Part shown: piece after piece, positions 63,520-64,000 of the stretch | Layout of the letters: each line of letters opens with the position of its first letter | How positions within the stretch are numbered: the first letter of the stretch is position 1 | DNA from: Octopus bimaculoides | Taxonomy: Eukaryota | Assembly (NCBI RefSeq): GCF_001194135.2 | Contig: NC_068985.1 | Span: forward strand, 123,080,506-123,144,505 | Length of the DNA: 64,000 bases | Direction: 5' to 3' | The notes under the pieces: generated by a model | Database searches by the model: none | The model's input: the letters and a program-made list of their open reading frames with translations, nothing else | Told to the model about the DNA's origin: nothing | Position numbers and translations under genes: made by a program

Positions 63520-64000
63520 TATTCTTTTACATTATTTACATTTGACGGATGTTTGTCCTCATCTTGTTTGTTGTTAACACAACGTTTCGGCTGCCGTGAA
63601 TCGAACTCGGAACCTGGGGTTTAGTAGCCCGCGCTCTTAACCACTACGCCATATGCCCGTGGGCAATTATGGGGTGAATTTTAAGGCTTATAAATTTATT
63701 ATTTTTCTATCCTTCCTCCATACCGGTTCCCATATGCTATTCATATCTGCACTCGGTCTGCTTAGGAGGTTGTTGTGTCCTAGCATATGTGCTGCTTCTT
63801 TTAGTTTTCGTATTTTCCTGTGTTGTTCCCTGTCTATTATTTTAACTTCATCCCACAGGGGGAGGTGGTTTCCATTTTTCCATACATGATCAGCTATACC
63901 CGTTTTATCAATATCTCCTCGTGTCACAGCTTTGCGATGTTCTTCTACCCTTATTTTGAGGGGGCGAACATGTTTCGCCTTTGTATAACCTACCACAGCT
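63520..64000 (-). mobile_element. Penelope-like element 3' end: GIY-YIG C-terminus, tRNA-like box, half hammerhead
   Basis: ORF 63688-63996 RPLKIRVEEHRKAV..TGIADHVW..WDEVKIIDRE..RKLKEAAHM is a GIY-YIG C-terminal half. Downstream are A/B boxes at 63591-63657 fused to CAGCCGAAACGTT. Confidence 0.88.

Noticed and set aside
63591-63657. Possible tRNA gene
   Set aside because: No complete cloverleaf; embedded in a PLE 3' region.

Overview
This is repeat-saturated, AT-rich animal genomic DNA with many N gaps flanked by (TA)n. The SINE families and microsatellite style strongly suggest Octopus; this is my inference from pattern recognition, not a database result. I find no supportable host protein-coding exon, true tRNA, rRNA or CRISPR array. 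Nearly all listed ORFs are translations of microsatellites or N gaps, or transposon remnants. The content is decayed mobile elements: mariner, hAT (with a nested Gypsy remnant), piggyBac-type and Tc1-type MITEs, an RTE LINE, four R4/Dong-like restriction-like-endonuclease (RLE) LINE ends, several Penelope-like elements (PLEs, RT plus GIY-YIG) and three tRNA-derived SINE families. The most notable signal is a set of minimal type I hammerhead ribozyme (HHR) motifs: six near-complete (24.1, 30.9, 34.6, 35.0, 42.2, 42.4 kb), two more decayed (31.25, 33.9 kb) and several partial. Six of these lie in three head-to-head inverted structures (30.6-31.4, 33.8-34.6, 42.15-42.5 kb) whose 3' ends point outward into microsatellites. 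One of these structures is built from a circularly permuted ~350-bp unit, which resembles a retrozyme or circular-RNA-derived element. A non-canonical CCGAnGA core recurs in three apparently unrelated elements. All folds and alignments were done by eye; coordinates of decayed elements are approximate.
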